A stretch of DNA of 64,000 bases from Phoronis australis (GCA_002633005.1 NMRA01000088.1:182186-246185); one strand, 5' to 3'. Shown: positions 13,703 through 27,824, counted from the first letter of the stretch. The notes: generated by a model not told the origin, from the letters alone. Program-made: numbers and translations.

Positions 13703-14489
13703 CTGAAAAAATCAACGAGTCAATGGTCAGACACAATAATACACTTACGGAATAAATTCCATAAACATTCAATAAAAAGGCCAGTGCTCTTATCGTGGGG
13801 CTTAACAGGAAACCCTTTCAAGTAGGTGACAATCTGTCAACTGCCAATGAGTTTTCAACACTGTTTGCAGTAAAAGACTAATTTTGCAAAATCTTATGCA
13901 AGTTTCCTTCAACATGTTCAGTGCAGGAGCGGATCCAAATTTTTGCGAGGGTTGCCCACATGATTCTTTTTACGTTTCTCTTTGCTTATGAAGAATGGAG
14001 AATAGGGCTGCGTTCCTTAGACACTCACGATCAGGCCTAAAGCTAGTATGATTACGTACTTCGCTTGTAATGCCTGACAATCGCAAAGACATGCGTGATC
14101 TCGCTTTTTCGATAACCACCGTGCAAACACAATTAGCAAACTAGCAGGAATAACTGTTCCGCTGTTTAGGTTGTCTCAGTGCGTGTTTCTGAAAACATTC
14201 GTCGTAATTCTCCGTTCTTTATAGGCTTCATTTTCCGAATGAGCCTGGGGTTCTATTTGGGCTACTAGAAAGCTAAAATTGATGCCATTTTTTCGAATAT
14301 TCGCCCTGCGGCTCACCATCGCAAAATCCCGGTACGCTCAGTGGACGGTACGTTTTCTACAGATACTCCCAGGGCGCTCATTAGGGAAAATACATAAAAT
14401 TAAGTGAGTCCTAAATCTTTCCCCAATTTCACAGGACATGGATACCAAAACGGCAACTAAAGTAAACAACCAACAAAAAACTTTTACCC

Positions 14490-14645
14490 CAGGGGCGGAT
14501 CAAGGATTTTGAGTTATGGGAGGCCAGGCAGAGTATTAGCCAATATCTTGCCCATCAGACATTTCGCACCCCCGAATTGCCAAATGCAATCTGGGGGGGA
14601 TTTTAGGGGGGCATGGCCCCGTTGGCCCCCCTAAATCCGCCCCTG
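14490..14645. mobile_element. hAT-type MITE with 5-bp TSD; family members at 33588-33743 and 49308-49468 (reverse orientation)
   Basis: Perfect 11-bp TIR CAGGGGCGGAT / ATCCGCCCCTG with TACCC on both flanks; internal sequence is shared with the two other copies. Confidence 0.8.
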
Positions 14646-14774
14646 TACCCGGAGACAATCCTAAATCGACGTAGTTGTGCTTTTGACTCTCTTCAGTTGG
14701 ATTCAATTTGCGCGAGGTCAGATTCGAAATTAAGCGGGTCATCAAGTGTGAAGCCATGATCCAGTGACGTAAAC

Positions 14775-14848
14775 CATGGTGTACTCGAGCACTAGCTAAG
14801 TGCCGAGTTGATGCCAAAACCAATATCAACAAAACCACTCCGACGAAT
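14775..14848 (-). CDS. Candidate signal-peptide exon of the membrane protein gene
   Basis: GTTTAG|A...CATG|GTTTAC encodes FVGVVLLILVLASTRHLASARVHH; its phase-1 end joins 13702 in frame. The donor is weak. Confidence 0.45.
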
Positions 14849-15235
14849 CTAAACTTAGCTGATAAAAGACATTATATATGTGCCTACATCTTTTGAAGTG
14901 GTATAACTTAGATATTCATTAATACCTGCCGTAGCATACAATTTTAGTACAAACTATTTGCAGATCACTTATCTGCAGTTGGTTCCGTTCTGAAGTAGAT
15001 CTACTTGAACTTGTTAAATCTTGTGCATTTGAATACCAGGAATATGCATTGACACACAATGTTGATATTTAGTTGATAACGATGTCAATTATTTTGATCC
15101 CGTAGTTTTTGTTTATTTTAAATGCAATCTCAACCCTTGGGAAACGATGTAGTGATTTTTTTGCCTTTATGTTTGTAATTGTGTTTTGCATGTGACATAC
15201 TGTCACTGATAGAGGTGGACAGCACTGTTTCACAC

Positions 15236-15261
15236 GTCCGTCCACGTGGAAGAAACTTCAT
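15236..15261 (-). CDS. Candidate first coding exon of the membrane protein gene
   Basis: AAAATG context, MKFLPRGR + AC|GTGTGA; the phase matches exon 14848 and gives a ~238-aa model. Confidence 0.3.
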
Positions 15262-15431
15262 TTTAGATATTAGTTCCGCTAGATTTGACTGATATTCTAC
15301 GCAGTCTAATTTCCGGCGAATTGAATTAACTTGACTACACATTATGTCAGTCGATAGATAGAACTATGATGACGTCCAACACACACGCAGCTTGAGTGAG
15401 TTCCCGACATTGTTTGGAATCGCATTTCAAG

Positions 15432-17492
15432 GCTTAAAATGTTAAGTTTGAAAATCGTTATCTGGTAATCAAATGGAAAGTACGAAGCAGCTCTGTATAA
15501 CAATAGTCCTGTTTTAATCAACTAAAAGATATATAAATTGCTATTCGACCACTATACTCTACGAAAAAACAATATAATTCTGAATCTTGTCAATTGAATT
15601 ATATTTGACAACTCCGCACAAATTTACTTATCTAATTGAGAAGCAATTTGATTGAAATGTATCGCTTCTCAATGCTCTTTGGCCACAAAAGTTTCTGACG
15701 AAATTGGTCAAACGAAAATTCGTTTTAGCTAATGAAAAATGGAACCATTTAAAAAAAATCATTTATAGAAAGAAATTCGAGTATTCTCGAAACCTAAACT
15801 TGACTTCACTAAAATTCATCCCGATTTTTTCTGCATCAAACTTTTGAGTTTCTTCAAAATTGTATCCAGGGCTGCCTTTCGTAAACCCAAGGCACTTACC
15901 AAAACGTACGATCACCAATCTGCGCCAGATGTCGTTATGCATTACAATATCTCTTCTCGCGAGTCTTCGGTCTAACACTTTCCGACACTTCTAAATGTTT
16001 AGGTATTTCCCTTTAAAAGTGACCAACTGACCAACAGTAAAATGACACTGTTGCTTTTTGTCATCTTGAAAAAGTTGCTCAGAGCCATTAACTTTTGCGA
16101 ATTCAACGTAACAACTCAAATGCATAGGTCTACTGATACCCCGCGTAACAGCGAGTACCTGAGTTAAAAAAATCCTGTTGTCCTCACTTGCAGTTTCGAC
16201 AGGACGGTCCCGGATTACAAAGCGACACTTGAATCTCATGGCATTTACCCAAAATGCTGCAACATCCGTCAAGCAATTCCCTGGCCTCGTTTTCGCACCA
16301 TTGGAGTTTCTCATTATTATTTGTGGGTGTCTTTATTTCTTCAAGTCAAGTTTGTCACTGAACTACGTTAAGTGTATTCAACCTTTCAATATCAGCAAAG
16401 TTTTACTGTTGTGCTGTGGGCTGCAACTCTGACGGCACAAAATTGAATAAACTTGAGAAGTATCAGNGCTTAAAATGTTAAGTTTGAAAATCGTTATCTG
16501 GTAATCAAATGGAAAGTACGAAGCAGCTCTGTATAACAATAGTCCTGTTTTAATCAACTAAAAGATATATAAATTGCTATTCGACCACTATACTCTACGA
16601 AAAAACAATATAATTCTGCATCTTGTCAATTGAATTATATTTGACAACTCCGCACAAATTTGCTTATCTAATTGAGAAGCAATTTGATTGAAATATATCG
16701 CTTCTCAATGCTCTTTGGCCACAAAAGTTTCTAACGAAATTGGTCAAACGAAAATTCGTTTTAGCTAATGAAAAATGGAACCATTTAAAAAAAAATCATA
16801 TATAGAAATTCGAGTATTCTCGAAACCTAAAGTTGACTTCACTAAAATTCATCCCGATTTTTTCTGCATCAAACTTTTGAGTTTCTTCAAAATTGTATCC
16901 AGGGCTGCCTTTCGTAAACCCAAGGCACTTACCAAAACGTACGATCACCAATCTGCGCCAGATGTCGTTATGCATTATAATAACTCTTCTCGCGAGCCTT
17001 CGGTCTAACACTTTCCGACACTTCTAAATGTTTAGGTATTTCCCTTTAAAAGTGACCAACTGACCAACAGTAAAATGACACTGTTGCTTTTTGTCATCTT
17101 GAAAAAGTTGCCCAGGGCCATTAAATTTTGCGAAATCAACGAAACAATTCAAATGCATAGGCCTACTGATACCCCGCGTAACAGCGAGTGCCCGAGTTAA
17201 AAAATCCTGTTGTCCTCACTTGCAGTTTCGACAGGACGGTCCCGGATTACAAAGCGACACTTGAATCTCATGGCATTTACCTAAAATGCTGCAACATCCG
17301 TCAAGCAATTCCCTGGCCTCGTTTTCGCACCATTGGAGTTTCTCATTATTATTTGTGGGTGTCTTTATTTCTTCAAGTTTTGTCACTGAACTACGTTAAG
17401 TGTATTCAACCTTTCAATATCAGCAAAGTTTTACTGCTGGGCTGTGGGCTGCAACTCTGACGGCACAAAATTGGATAAAGTTGAGAAGTATC
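15432..17492. repeat. ~1.03-kb direct duplication split by a single N (probable allelic haplotypes placed in tandem)
   Basis: 15432-16466 is repeated at 16468-17492 with scattered SNPs and small indels; N at 16467. Confidence 0.9.
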
Positions 17493-18529
17493 CGTCCAAT
17501 ATTTTCGGACATGGTTCCTAGAATCAGACCCACATTTCTAAAGCGAGGCCAACGCGTTTTCCTACCTCCAAAACAAAACAGATTTCTATCTGGGACCGTT
17601 CTAATGGAGTAGTACCCGGGGCAGCAAGCCCGTATTATTTCCATGTGAACAATCCTTATCTCCAAAGCTGCTTTTCATTTCTCACGCACCATTCACTGCT
17701 TGCACGAATTCGCTTGAAAACGAGGTGTTGTGTCCAAACTAAAAATGGTTCTGCATGTTTGGAACACGCGAGCTGTCACGATTGTGTTGTTAAAATTGAT
17801 GCTAATACGAGGCATTGTGTCGTTAACAAAAATGCACAACAGTCATTTTTGCATCGACACCAAAACGCGAGTAAGTTTATTGCGACCCTTCAGCCCACAG
17901 ACATGAAAAATCAATAAAAACCCAGGTGGTGATGTCCCTCAGAAGCACGCCATTTTTTATATTTGAAATCAAGCAGCTGATGTCCACTTTTTATGTAACT
18001 CGAATGACTCGGACCGTAGAATTGTGTAACAAGTTGAATCATACTATTTACCAGGTACATTTTAGGAAATTTGCTCAGGGTCGCCTTGCCCTTAGAGCCT
18101 GAGATACGAAGGCCAATTCAGCGACATTAGTTTTTCAACGTATACTCCTTCACCAGGAACGTTAATGCCCTACCGGCATGTGGTGTATTAAAAATTAACC
18201 CTGTCACGATTTTAAGCGTGCTTAAGCGATAGCCATTAATTATGACAATTAAACGCAGGAAATTGGGTCGATTACGCCCCTTTGGTTACCTTACACCTAC
18301 GCTTGTGTTTTGTAGTTCTTGAACACGCAGTGCGCATATGCTAAGTTACAATTCAAAGCTGCACCATAGTGCATGTATACATATGTTTTTCCTCATTCTG
18401 ACGGAAAAAAACGTGCATTTTATCAACCTGAACGAATTCCTTTTGTTTGTAAAGCTAACAAAGGTTTTTTTGTATTATGCGCTCTAGCTGCAGATAAATG
18501 TATCTATGTGAGCGCAACACAGTTGAAAG

Positions 18530-18826
18530 CAGAGGTCTGTTTCCTGGAAAGTGACGTAAGACTTAAGTCAGGGATTTGATCTTACGCTCCACACCACTAT
18601 TTCGAATATTAATAAAATTTCATTTGAGAAAAAGTATAAAGATTCTGAGAATAGACAAATAACTTCTAGTTATTGAGATCATTTTTGTAAATTATGTTTA
18701 TAAGACTGTGATGCACTCAAAATTTCTTGGCTCATTGCCAACCTTTATTCAGCAATAGCGATGTGGGAGCGTAGGATTAAGTTTTTGTCTCAAGACATAA
18801 GTCATCTTTCATGAAACAGAACCCTG
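18530..18826. mobile_element. MITE with long degenerate TIRs (PIF/Harbinger-like)
   Basis: CAGAGGTCTGTTTCCTGGAAAG...ATCTTACGCTCC pairs with GGAGCGTAGGAT...CTTTCATGAAACAGAACCCTG. Confidence 0.55.
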
Positions 18827-19241
18827 ATTTCATGTCAAATATCATTAAATCGTAAATCACATTAATTAATGTTAACAGGAAAATAGATAGGTCAAGTGTG
18901 TTGAAACAGTTTGAGGAATTAAAATGTCATTAAAATAATGTGCTTGCATCCTAGATCGCTTGTGCAACTGTTTGTTTCCAAGCAATTATCCGAAGCAAAA
19001 GTTTCTGTTAGAAAGCGCGATGCGTAAATCCTTCTGCTTACATCTACCATAAACCAGTCTTCTTTGGAGTAACTAATTCAGTCTTCTTTGGAGTAACTAA
19101 GTTTTGGTTTAGCCCCTTTCTTATCAACTAGTCTTGACTCCTACTCCTTACTCGTGTTCAAAGGGATTCTTGAGAGGAAGAACTAGTTGAGAACATGTTT
19201 ACATTGGTACGCGGTTTGTCAAAAAATTGTTTTTGTTAAAA

Positions 19242-19788
19242 TATGCGCGCACACAGGGGGAGGGGGGGCTCGGGGGACTCGAAAGACCCCCCATTTTTGG
19301 TGAAGTGGGCAAAAAAATGGTCTGGTTCATTTGCACTGAATTGGTAAAATGAAAGAAAATTCTTCTAATATTATGCTGTGATAAAACATGCGCGCGCACA
19401 CTCCAACGACCCCCCATTTTTGGTGAAGTGGGCAAAAAAAAATGGTCTGGTTCATTTGCACTGAATTGGTAAAATGAAAGAAAATTCTTCCAGGCACAGC
19501 CCGATCGTGAAGCTAATATTATGCTATGATAAAACATGCGCGCACACAGGGGGAGGGGCTCGGGGGACTCGAACGACCCCCTATTTTTGGTGAAGTGGGC
19601 AAAAAGGTCCGCCTCAGAGAAACAAAAATGTAGAAAACGAGACAAAAAATCCACTAAAAAGGCAGGAACTACCAAAATTCGAGGAATGTACGTTTCATAG
19701 CTCTGAACCTACCCCCTGAATCTTATAGTAAAAGGTCCACATCCTCAAAAACTCGTGCCCCCAATTTTTAAGGCTGTGTGCGCGCATT
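19242..19788. mobile_element. TIR element with a locally triplicated left end
   Basis: ATGCGCGCACACAG / CTGTGTGCGCGCAT inverted ends flanked by TAAAA; three copies of CCCCCATTTTTGGTGAAGTGGGCAAAAA; the intervening segment recurs at ~20197-20287. Confidence 0.65.
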
Positions 19789-21633
19789 TAAAAGGCGGGT
19801 TAGCAACTGTAGAATGCTTGAAATTTCAGTTGAAGTTAAACCAAGCGAAAAGGAATACAATTCATCCCCTCTCTACCTGATAGCTTAATTTTCTTCCTTT
19901 TTCCTTTAGACCGTCCTCCATTGACATAAACGGCAAATACGGAAACCACGTGCTCTCCCTCAGAAGGTAGGTTTTCTATTACCAGCGACGTGTTCGATGT
20001 TTCTATTGGGTAACTCCATGCTCTGCTTTGGACGGCTTTGTGTATAATTTCGTAAAACGAAATGTTACCTTCGAATAACCTCGGTTTCTGAAAAAGATCA
20101 GATATTTAGATTTTAAGCAGTTGCAGAGAAGCGGATATGAACAGTGAATGTTGCCTTGTGCTCATGTTTGTATTTCATTCATTGAAATTCAGTGGTAAAA
20201 ATGGTCTGGTTCATTTGCACTGAATTGGTAAAGTGAAAGGAAATTCTTCCAAGCACAGCCCGATCGTGAAGCTAATATTATGCTATGCGCTACAAAATTT
20301 TTATTTGATATATAAGCACAAACGGCAGTTAAAATGCACAATTTCTTTTGTTTTAAGTAGCTGCAGTCTAAAATAAATTTCTCTTGGCTGTTCTCAAGTA
20401 CACTACATTGTCGCCGATTAAACGACACAGACCAATACGAAAGCAGACGACGACGAACGTAGGACTCCGTAAAACCAAGTATTGTAATAAAACTACTCGA
20501 ATACTGTGAGCGACGACTGGAACACACTCGAAGTGAGTGGAATTAGTCATTCTTTCTGGTCATTAGTTCCAAAATTTGCATACAGTAACCTGCAGGCGGT
20601 AAGCTTCGACATCACGACGAAAAGATCCATTAAATCGATTAAAAGTATAATTCCGAGTTATTGGTGTGAGCGCATTAGCAGCATTAAAATGTTGTTTTGA
20701 GCTATATTCCACATTTTCCAAAGTAGTAGCGCCACATCATAATTGATCATTAGAAATTCGGGCTCAGAAATGTATCGTTACATCGAAGGATTTACCTACA
20801 TACAGAAGGTCATAGCTTTCAAGTTATCGCGTTTCCAACAGTAAAATGCATTTTAGGATTGATTTTTGGACGGGGTAGACTTCTTGAGGTTATTAACTTT
20901 GACTAAAACTCTAAAACAACAAAATCCGTTGAGTTTTCGTAATTTAATTATAAATCGCCGGTCCTTGCCGTTGTCTGACAGACCGTGGCGGCACTCGCTA
21001 AAATCAAGGCCAGTGACTCTTAAAATAGACTGCAATTTATCGAGTGGGACTTACATCCGTTACTAAATCGTAAGCCCTGTTTAGACGTTTTAAAACTGTG
21101 ACATAGCGCAAAATGGCACGACGCAAGAACGGATCGGTGTCAAGAGGCCGTTTACACACACACGACGCTGAAACAGAGTCAAGGCGGAATTAAATCCTGA
21201 CAGAAATGTGTAGATTGCATGCTAAAGGTTACGTGTGGCGAGAGAAAATTATGCGAGTTTTTGCATATTAATATATTTAGCTATTCTCCCAGTCGCCAGT
21301 GCAACTAAAGCGGCGCTGCGCGAGTGGATTTTCATTGCCTGGTCGCCCAGGTGGCGAGCTAATTTCCGGAGAGTTCGTTTGTGTGAAAAAATTGTCTTCT
21401 CTCATCACGGTGTTTTTATTTGGACAGTAGTTTCAACTTTTGTAGAATTAAACGGCACTTTAGACTACAACCGCGAGGTTCCGGGTTCGATTCCAAGCTG
21501 AGGCTGACCTAAAAATTTACTTTTTTCGACGATAACGCCCCTTAAAAATGAAATATTTAACACGAGGGCATCATTTAATTTATGTACTTGGTGACAAAAG
21601 GCTTCTGCCATATTCCACAAATTATGCACATTG

Positions 21634-21842
21634 NNNNNNNNNNNNNNNNNNNNNNNNNNNNNNNNNNNNNNNNNNNNNNNNNNNNNNNNNNNNNNNNNNN
21701 NNNNNNNNNNNNNNNNNNNNNNNNNNNNNNNNNNNNNNNNNNNNNNNNNNNNNNNNNNNNNNNNNNNNNNNNNNNNNNNNNNNNNNNNNNNNNNNNNNNN
21801 NNNNNNNNNNNNNNNNNNNNNNNNNNNNNNNNNNNNNNNNNN
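21634..21842. other. Assembly gap (run of N)
   Basis: Contiguous Ns. Confidence 1.
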
Positions 21843-22285
21843 CGCTATGATGAAACTTAAGCAGTCTATTCTACCACCACTAATACCTAAAATGAGTTTT
21901 TTAGACCTTAAAACTGATTGTCCTTTTATTTTTTATCATAGTCAAGACGAACTTTTAATATACATAACTAGACGGAACGTCTGAAATACGCACCAAATTA
22001 AATGTTTGTCTCAAAATAAAAAACTGTTAACTTGTCTGCTGATCTTGTTACTGCAATTGTTTGAAAGGCCAAAACTCCCTCACTGTCGAATTTGAAAAAC
22101 GTGAAAGGCATAAGGTTATCAGAAGACTGCACAGAAATAGACCTGCTCGAAGCTGCCGCACATTGCACAGCGTACTGTGATCTTGCGATTTTTCTCCGAT
22201 ATACGGCGTATCGAGCGTTATCTTCATTTTACCTGATACTACATGATAGCATTGACATAAAGAGAGTTCGCATCTATGCATCATA

Positions 22286-22362
22286 CTCGCTGGTTCCCTG
22301 CGTGCCGCTAGGTGGTCAGTAGCCAGCACGCATGTTGGCTAGGCACGTAGGGGACCAGCAAG
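22286..22362. mobile_element. 77-bp mini TIR element with 9-bp TSD (Mutator-like), same family as 35284-35857
   Basis: CTCGCTGGTTCCCTGCGTG / CACGTAGGGGACCAGCAAG ends with TGCATCATA on both flanks. Confidence 0.75.
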
Positions 22363-25300
22363 TGCATCATATGCCTCGGTTCAGTCCCATGAGGGCGCTG
22401 CCTGAGGCTACGTCTCCGTAGGACGTCTCGTAGCACGTGCGCCAGCATAACTCGATTAGCTTACAAAATACAACACTCTTGTTAAAAATACCAGTCATCG
22501 AAAACTAGCGGTGTGATCACAGAGTGATGTGTTCTGCATGTACATTACAAAAACCTGAAATTTCCCACGAATGTAGCAGTAAAATTAAGCTTCGCATTAG
22601 AGTTGAACAGTCCTATCTTTCTCGTATACGGTGTACATGTAACTATTCTTCGCACTGAAATTGAACCGTTGTTATACTTGCATGTAAATCAACGCGTCTC
22701 ACATACATACGATACCAAGACCGGGTTTTCTCTGTGGAGTCAGCTTGCTTTAATAATGCAATAAAGCGCGTATTCACTCAAGGGTATTTACACATTGTAT
22801 CTTGTAGTATTCAATGTTTTCTACATGGCTGGAGTTTGCTTGCGGATAAGCGTTGCCTTTTCCCCACGGAAAAAATGCGATACGAACTCCTACTGTTGCG
22901 TGCGTGGAAAAAACGAACTTAACTGATAAGCAGCGTAATTATTTGGTCTTTGGACCGGGTATTATCTGACAGTGTTGGGTAGAGAAAATTTTGTAATGAA
23001 AATCGAATGTTGAAGATTTATCGCATGAACTCAAAAATTCTTTGCAAGGGCAAAATTTTCCGTAAAACCCCCAGAAAGACTCGCATGAATGAGCCCTCTG
23101 TGAAACGTGCTCAGGGAAATCTCGTGTCCATTTGTTTGATTGATATTCCCCAAAATCCCAGAAGACCCCATGTCATTTGTAAGCAAAAGTTAAATTACAC
23201 ATCCACAAGTTAAATGAGCGTGTAACATCCATACTCTTGATTTAGGCAAACAACTCAGTAATGCATTCAATAATTAACTTTTTGGAAGCTATTTCTTTTG
23301 AAATGTCTTTTCAATTCGTCAACAATCAATCAGTAAAACACTTAAGAACGCAACCAGGTGCGCGCTCCATGTACGCGAGAACCTCGCGAAACTAGCGCAA
23401 GATCACGGAAAGCCATGCATCGCAAGCGGAGCGCATGATAACACTAACTTCTGTTGCAAGATTCTTGCGTCTTCGGAAATCAGTCAATGTTTTATGTCAA
23501 TGAGACAGGGGTATAAAGAGACATTATCGGTGACAATTTGCTGTGTATTTGAGATTAGCCTCACTGCAAGGCGGATTCCAAACCATGACAGCGGACGCAG
23601 CCTAACACTTTCAGTGCTTATTAGAGATAAAAGCCAATGCGGCAGGCAGCCGCGTGTTTAACTGAGTTAAAAGTCAACTAATAATTTTCCGCGAGACTGA
23701 AAGCCCTTGTCAGGAATCGGAGGGTTCTAAAACCCTCATTGTGTCCTTTAAAGCGGTAAATCAAACAGCCTAGATTAAAGATTTTCGACAAAATGTACCT
23801 TTAATTAGGCCTAGCTACCCGTCGTAATGCGATGCACTGGATACTAAAGTAATCGTGCTATTGAAAACAGCCAACCGCACGAGAGAGCTGAAGACTCGAT
23901 ACTGAAAAAATCTTAATAGAAAATACTCGATTTTTGTTTTAATGGATATCTAATATAAAGCTGACATTCTATCAGGATGATTGATTGCGCTCTCATTGTA
24001 TAACTCGTTTTTTTTTCCTCAAACGTTACAATATGCGAAATCGTATAGTGTTAATCTTAAGATGCAACACATTTCTCTTGGAAATAAAAACCTATGGAGA
24101 AGTACTGACTATCATGTTTGTCGACTTTAACCCAACATGCAGCCTTGATATTTCTTTTCCCGCATAAATGACGTTATGATAATCTAGGAATTCCCGGAAT
24201 TCGCTGAGAAATGCGACCATCGTACCTAACTTCTTGTTTTCTCAAAACCGTCTAGTTTTACGAGGAGTGCTAGACACAGCTGAAGACTGGCTTGTTCGGC
24301 GTCGAACCATTACGACATCTGGTTACGGTTCACAGAAGGGACGCAATGGGTTTCTGGGCTTAAAACGCAATTTGAGTATTCTTTTTGGGTACGAGCGACG
24401 TTACGAAGTTGTTTATTATGACCAGAGATATAAAACATCAGAATCCACCGTGTCTTTGAAATTTTAGGAGAAAGTCTTCCAGAAAATTTTACGTTATATT
24501 ATAAGATTGCGCAAACACATCCAGCGCTCATAACAGCAGATAAAAAACAAAGAACGTGCTGTTTACAGCCAACATGTGGCTTGATTGATTGAGTTCCCAC
24601 AAATCTCTAACCGTGAAAATCTTGCCCTGTTTTGGATTTGCAATTTTCAGAAGTCGAGTTTACAACTTTGTAAGTCTCCATGATTGCTCCATTTTCTGTA
24701 TAAAGTTCAGAGAGTTATTTTGGTGTGTCTAACTAACCGAGTAAAACTTTGTGGTAACTTTTGGACCTGCGAAAACAAGCATAGGCGTTACGGTGTTGAC
24801 TATTTTCAACAGCAGGAATTTCATGTTGTAGTTCGCTAGAGTAATGAAAGCGAGAAAGTGACTTTCGCTTGTTCCTTGTCCAGATTCGGTGGACAATACA
24901 TGGTGGCTCATTGATTTAAAAACAGGGGAAGTACTCCTACTTTCAGCCTCTCCCATTGTTTGGTTAGATTAAGTTCATTAATTTATTTTGCTTTTTGTCA
25001 TCAGCTGGCATCGATTTCCTCCCACGACTTTCTGTACCAGTCGCAGTCAGGTAGGCACAATCGTATTCTTCTTTGCAGTGGGAAATGTATGGGACATGAT
25101 GTCCTTCATCCAAGGATATTTCAAGAGGTTTGTCGTTTCCGTAAACCATTAGTGCATTCTACCGCACATCAGTGAAAACTTGCCGGAAGTATGCTAGCAG
25201 GAAAGGCGTTAAAACGCTGTTTATACCACTCAAAGTTCCCGTCCGCATTACATGGGGTCTGCAGGTGACGATGAACACCTGCCCGCTTAAGATCTGGTCG

Positions 25301-26143
25301 CCATCTGGCGGGATAATGAATTTCAATATGGCGCGGCTTTTTCGAATATCGACTATTGCCATAACCCTGAGTGAATGATCACGTGGTTCAGCAGGGAAGC
25401 CGCAACCATTAACCCGGTACAGAAGTCGAAAATATTTTTCATAAAAGATAAAATTCGTGTAAGTATTTCAACTTTGACTATCTAACTATCTTCGATTTTG
25501 CATCTTCACAAATTTTCTCAGTAGCACCATTGTCGAGATAATTCTATTATAACGGATTTAATTTACACTGACCGCGGAATGACTGTTTGAATCGAAACAC
25601 GCCTTTGCCATCAATTCTCAAGATAAAAGACATTACAAGTTGTAATAGCCACAATGGACTGGTCTTAATAAAAGTATTGATGGTCCTAAGAGATTTATAA
25701 CGTCTTTTAATGACTAGAATGTTCGCAAAACTGATCATGAAAACACTTAATATACTCCTAGTTTAAGGGTTTTCGAATTGGATGTCGATTTATACCTTCC
25801 GTTTCCCAGTACGACTGGTTTAGGGTCCATAAACTGTATTTTACAAAAATCGCTTTTATTCGCCAAATGCCTTCATTTAGTACTGGGCTGCCTTTCATAG
25901 ACACAAGAATGTCGCGTGTAAATCTAGTGTGGTCACGTGCTTGGCTAGCAATGCATGACGATATCTCGCAAAGTCTTTCGCGATCTTGCGTTTTCGGAGG
26001 TTCTTGGGTCAACGGAACACTGTCTCGGTTTTTGTGATTGTGAAGCTAATTAGATCATAGAATTATGTAACTGAATTCAATTTCAACCAAAATTTTTTCG
26101 AATCGAGCATACACGAGACAGAAAACCATAACAGAATTAGTCG

Positions 26144-26272
26144 AATAATAATAATAATAACAAAAAGAGTAATAATAATAATAATAATAATAATAAAATA
26201 TAAGAACAATAATAATAAGAGGTAGAATAAAATTAATAATTATAATGATAATGATGTTGATGAAGATGATGA
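26144..26272. repeat. (AAT)n/(GAT)n low-complexity microsatellite
   Basis: Seen directly. Confidence 0.9.
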
Positions 26273-26986
26273 TCAGACTATCTTACTTGAAAGATAAAAA
26301 TTAGTACAACTGAAACTTGCTTAGTTGACGACTTATGATTGGCATCAAAATGCCATGGCAGTATGTTACTGATTTTTTAGAAGGACAATTTTATTTTTCC
26401 AAAAAATTAAATTACATTATTCGCCTTTCTGGTTGCGTAGGCGTGACTGTCGTAAGATGTAAGACAGAGCTAAAATAGACCAAGCTTAATTAAATCGGTC
26501 ATTTGTCAAAAGCTTCGCGCAAAATTCTGAAGTTAACGTTTATAGTGCAAACATTTACATTCTATCACGACAGCAACCTGTAGTTCGTAGGTCTACTGCG
26601 GAAGCTGATATATCAAATGACAGAACGGTTCCTCATTATGATACGCACGAGTCGCTGAATCGTCCATACGAAATGCGACATTATGCACAAACCACACAAA
26701 CGTAAATCATGCGGTAAAATGTGGTCAGAAATCAATGTTAACCACTTGTTTTGACTTTGCTCGATGTTTTGTCAACTGTGCTCAAAGAAATTCGGAATGC
26801 TATATCTTCACAGTTGGAATATAAAATAATTTTCCCCTGTATTAAAGAAATTTGTATTTAAAAAGGCCATTTTCAAAAAAACGACTACGTTGTCTGTTTC
26901 GATTTCGCTAATTGAAACATTCGACTACAATCCTCAACCCCAAAGGGTTAATTCAACAAAACTACCCAAGTTTAGGTTATGTGGCA

Positions 26987-27155
26987 CCTTATCGACGAGT
27001 CTGTACATTTAGCCACATATCCACAAACTACAGAATTTTACTCAGCAAAAGTACATATTTTCTGAAAGTATAAATTCTATGGAGTTTGATTTCTGACATT
27101 ACGCCAATCTGATATTAAATGGGTCACGTGACCTTGCTTTTCAGGAAAATTTTCG
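26987..27155. repeat. Dispersed repeat family; copies ~30586-30760 and ~42378-42610 (reverse)
   Basis: Shared GACGAGTCTRTRYATTTAGCCA...AAACTACAG...GGTCACGTGACC block. Confidence 0.55.
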
Positions 27156-27824
27156 GACAGATTCGGCTACCCGTGTATTCTCTGTTGGCCATTTTAGTTT
27201 CCGACAGAATAGCCATTGTCCGTCGATTATTCAAAACATGTGGCGGAGATACAGCTGTGTGTGACTGCCTTGTGAAGGTTTATTTTGTAATTTCTGGTGG
27301 TGCACCATCCTTTTGTTTCTATATTTCACATGTTTTATGAACTGATTGTAAAAACCTAAATACCCGAAGCTCTTGTGTAATTTACGAAGACACATGATCG
27401 GTTCTCGATGACGACTTCCGCCTTACAGACCAATCAGATGTCTTAGCTGGTTGATCCGGCGAAGTCAGCAGGTACAGACATTCTGTGCTCTAGACTGTCG
27501 AACACAAAGGGAAGGGTACATGCATTTTTAATACAAGCTCGAATTCCTCTTGAACGTGCTACGCACTTTACTCCGCCGTTCTGTATGCAACGTTTATTTC
27601 GCTCCCATAAGGATGGTCTTCATGTGCGTGAAATGTAATTCAATCAAGCACAATAACTACACGATATTAATTACAAATAAGATCCATGCCCTCGACACTA
27701 AAAACAAGCCAACATTCACTCTTATGGTGTAACCATTTTAGGCAATCTTAGAGTTGTTTAAGATTTTTTGACATATCGATGGGACTTTAAAAAATCCAAA
27801 AGATCTAGCACCCTATAAGGTGAG

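Noticed and set aside
19199-19675. 158-aa minus-strand ORF
   Set aside because: Made of internally duplicated MITE sequence; no transposase motif.
21548-21984. ORFs containing long X runs
   Set aside because: Artefacts of reading through the N gap.
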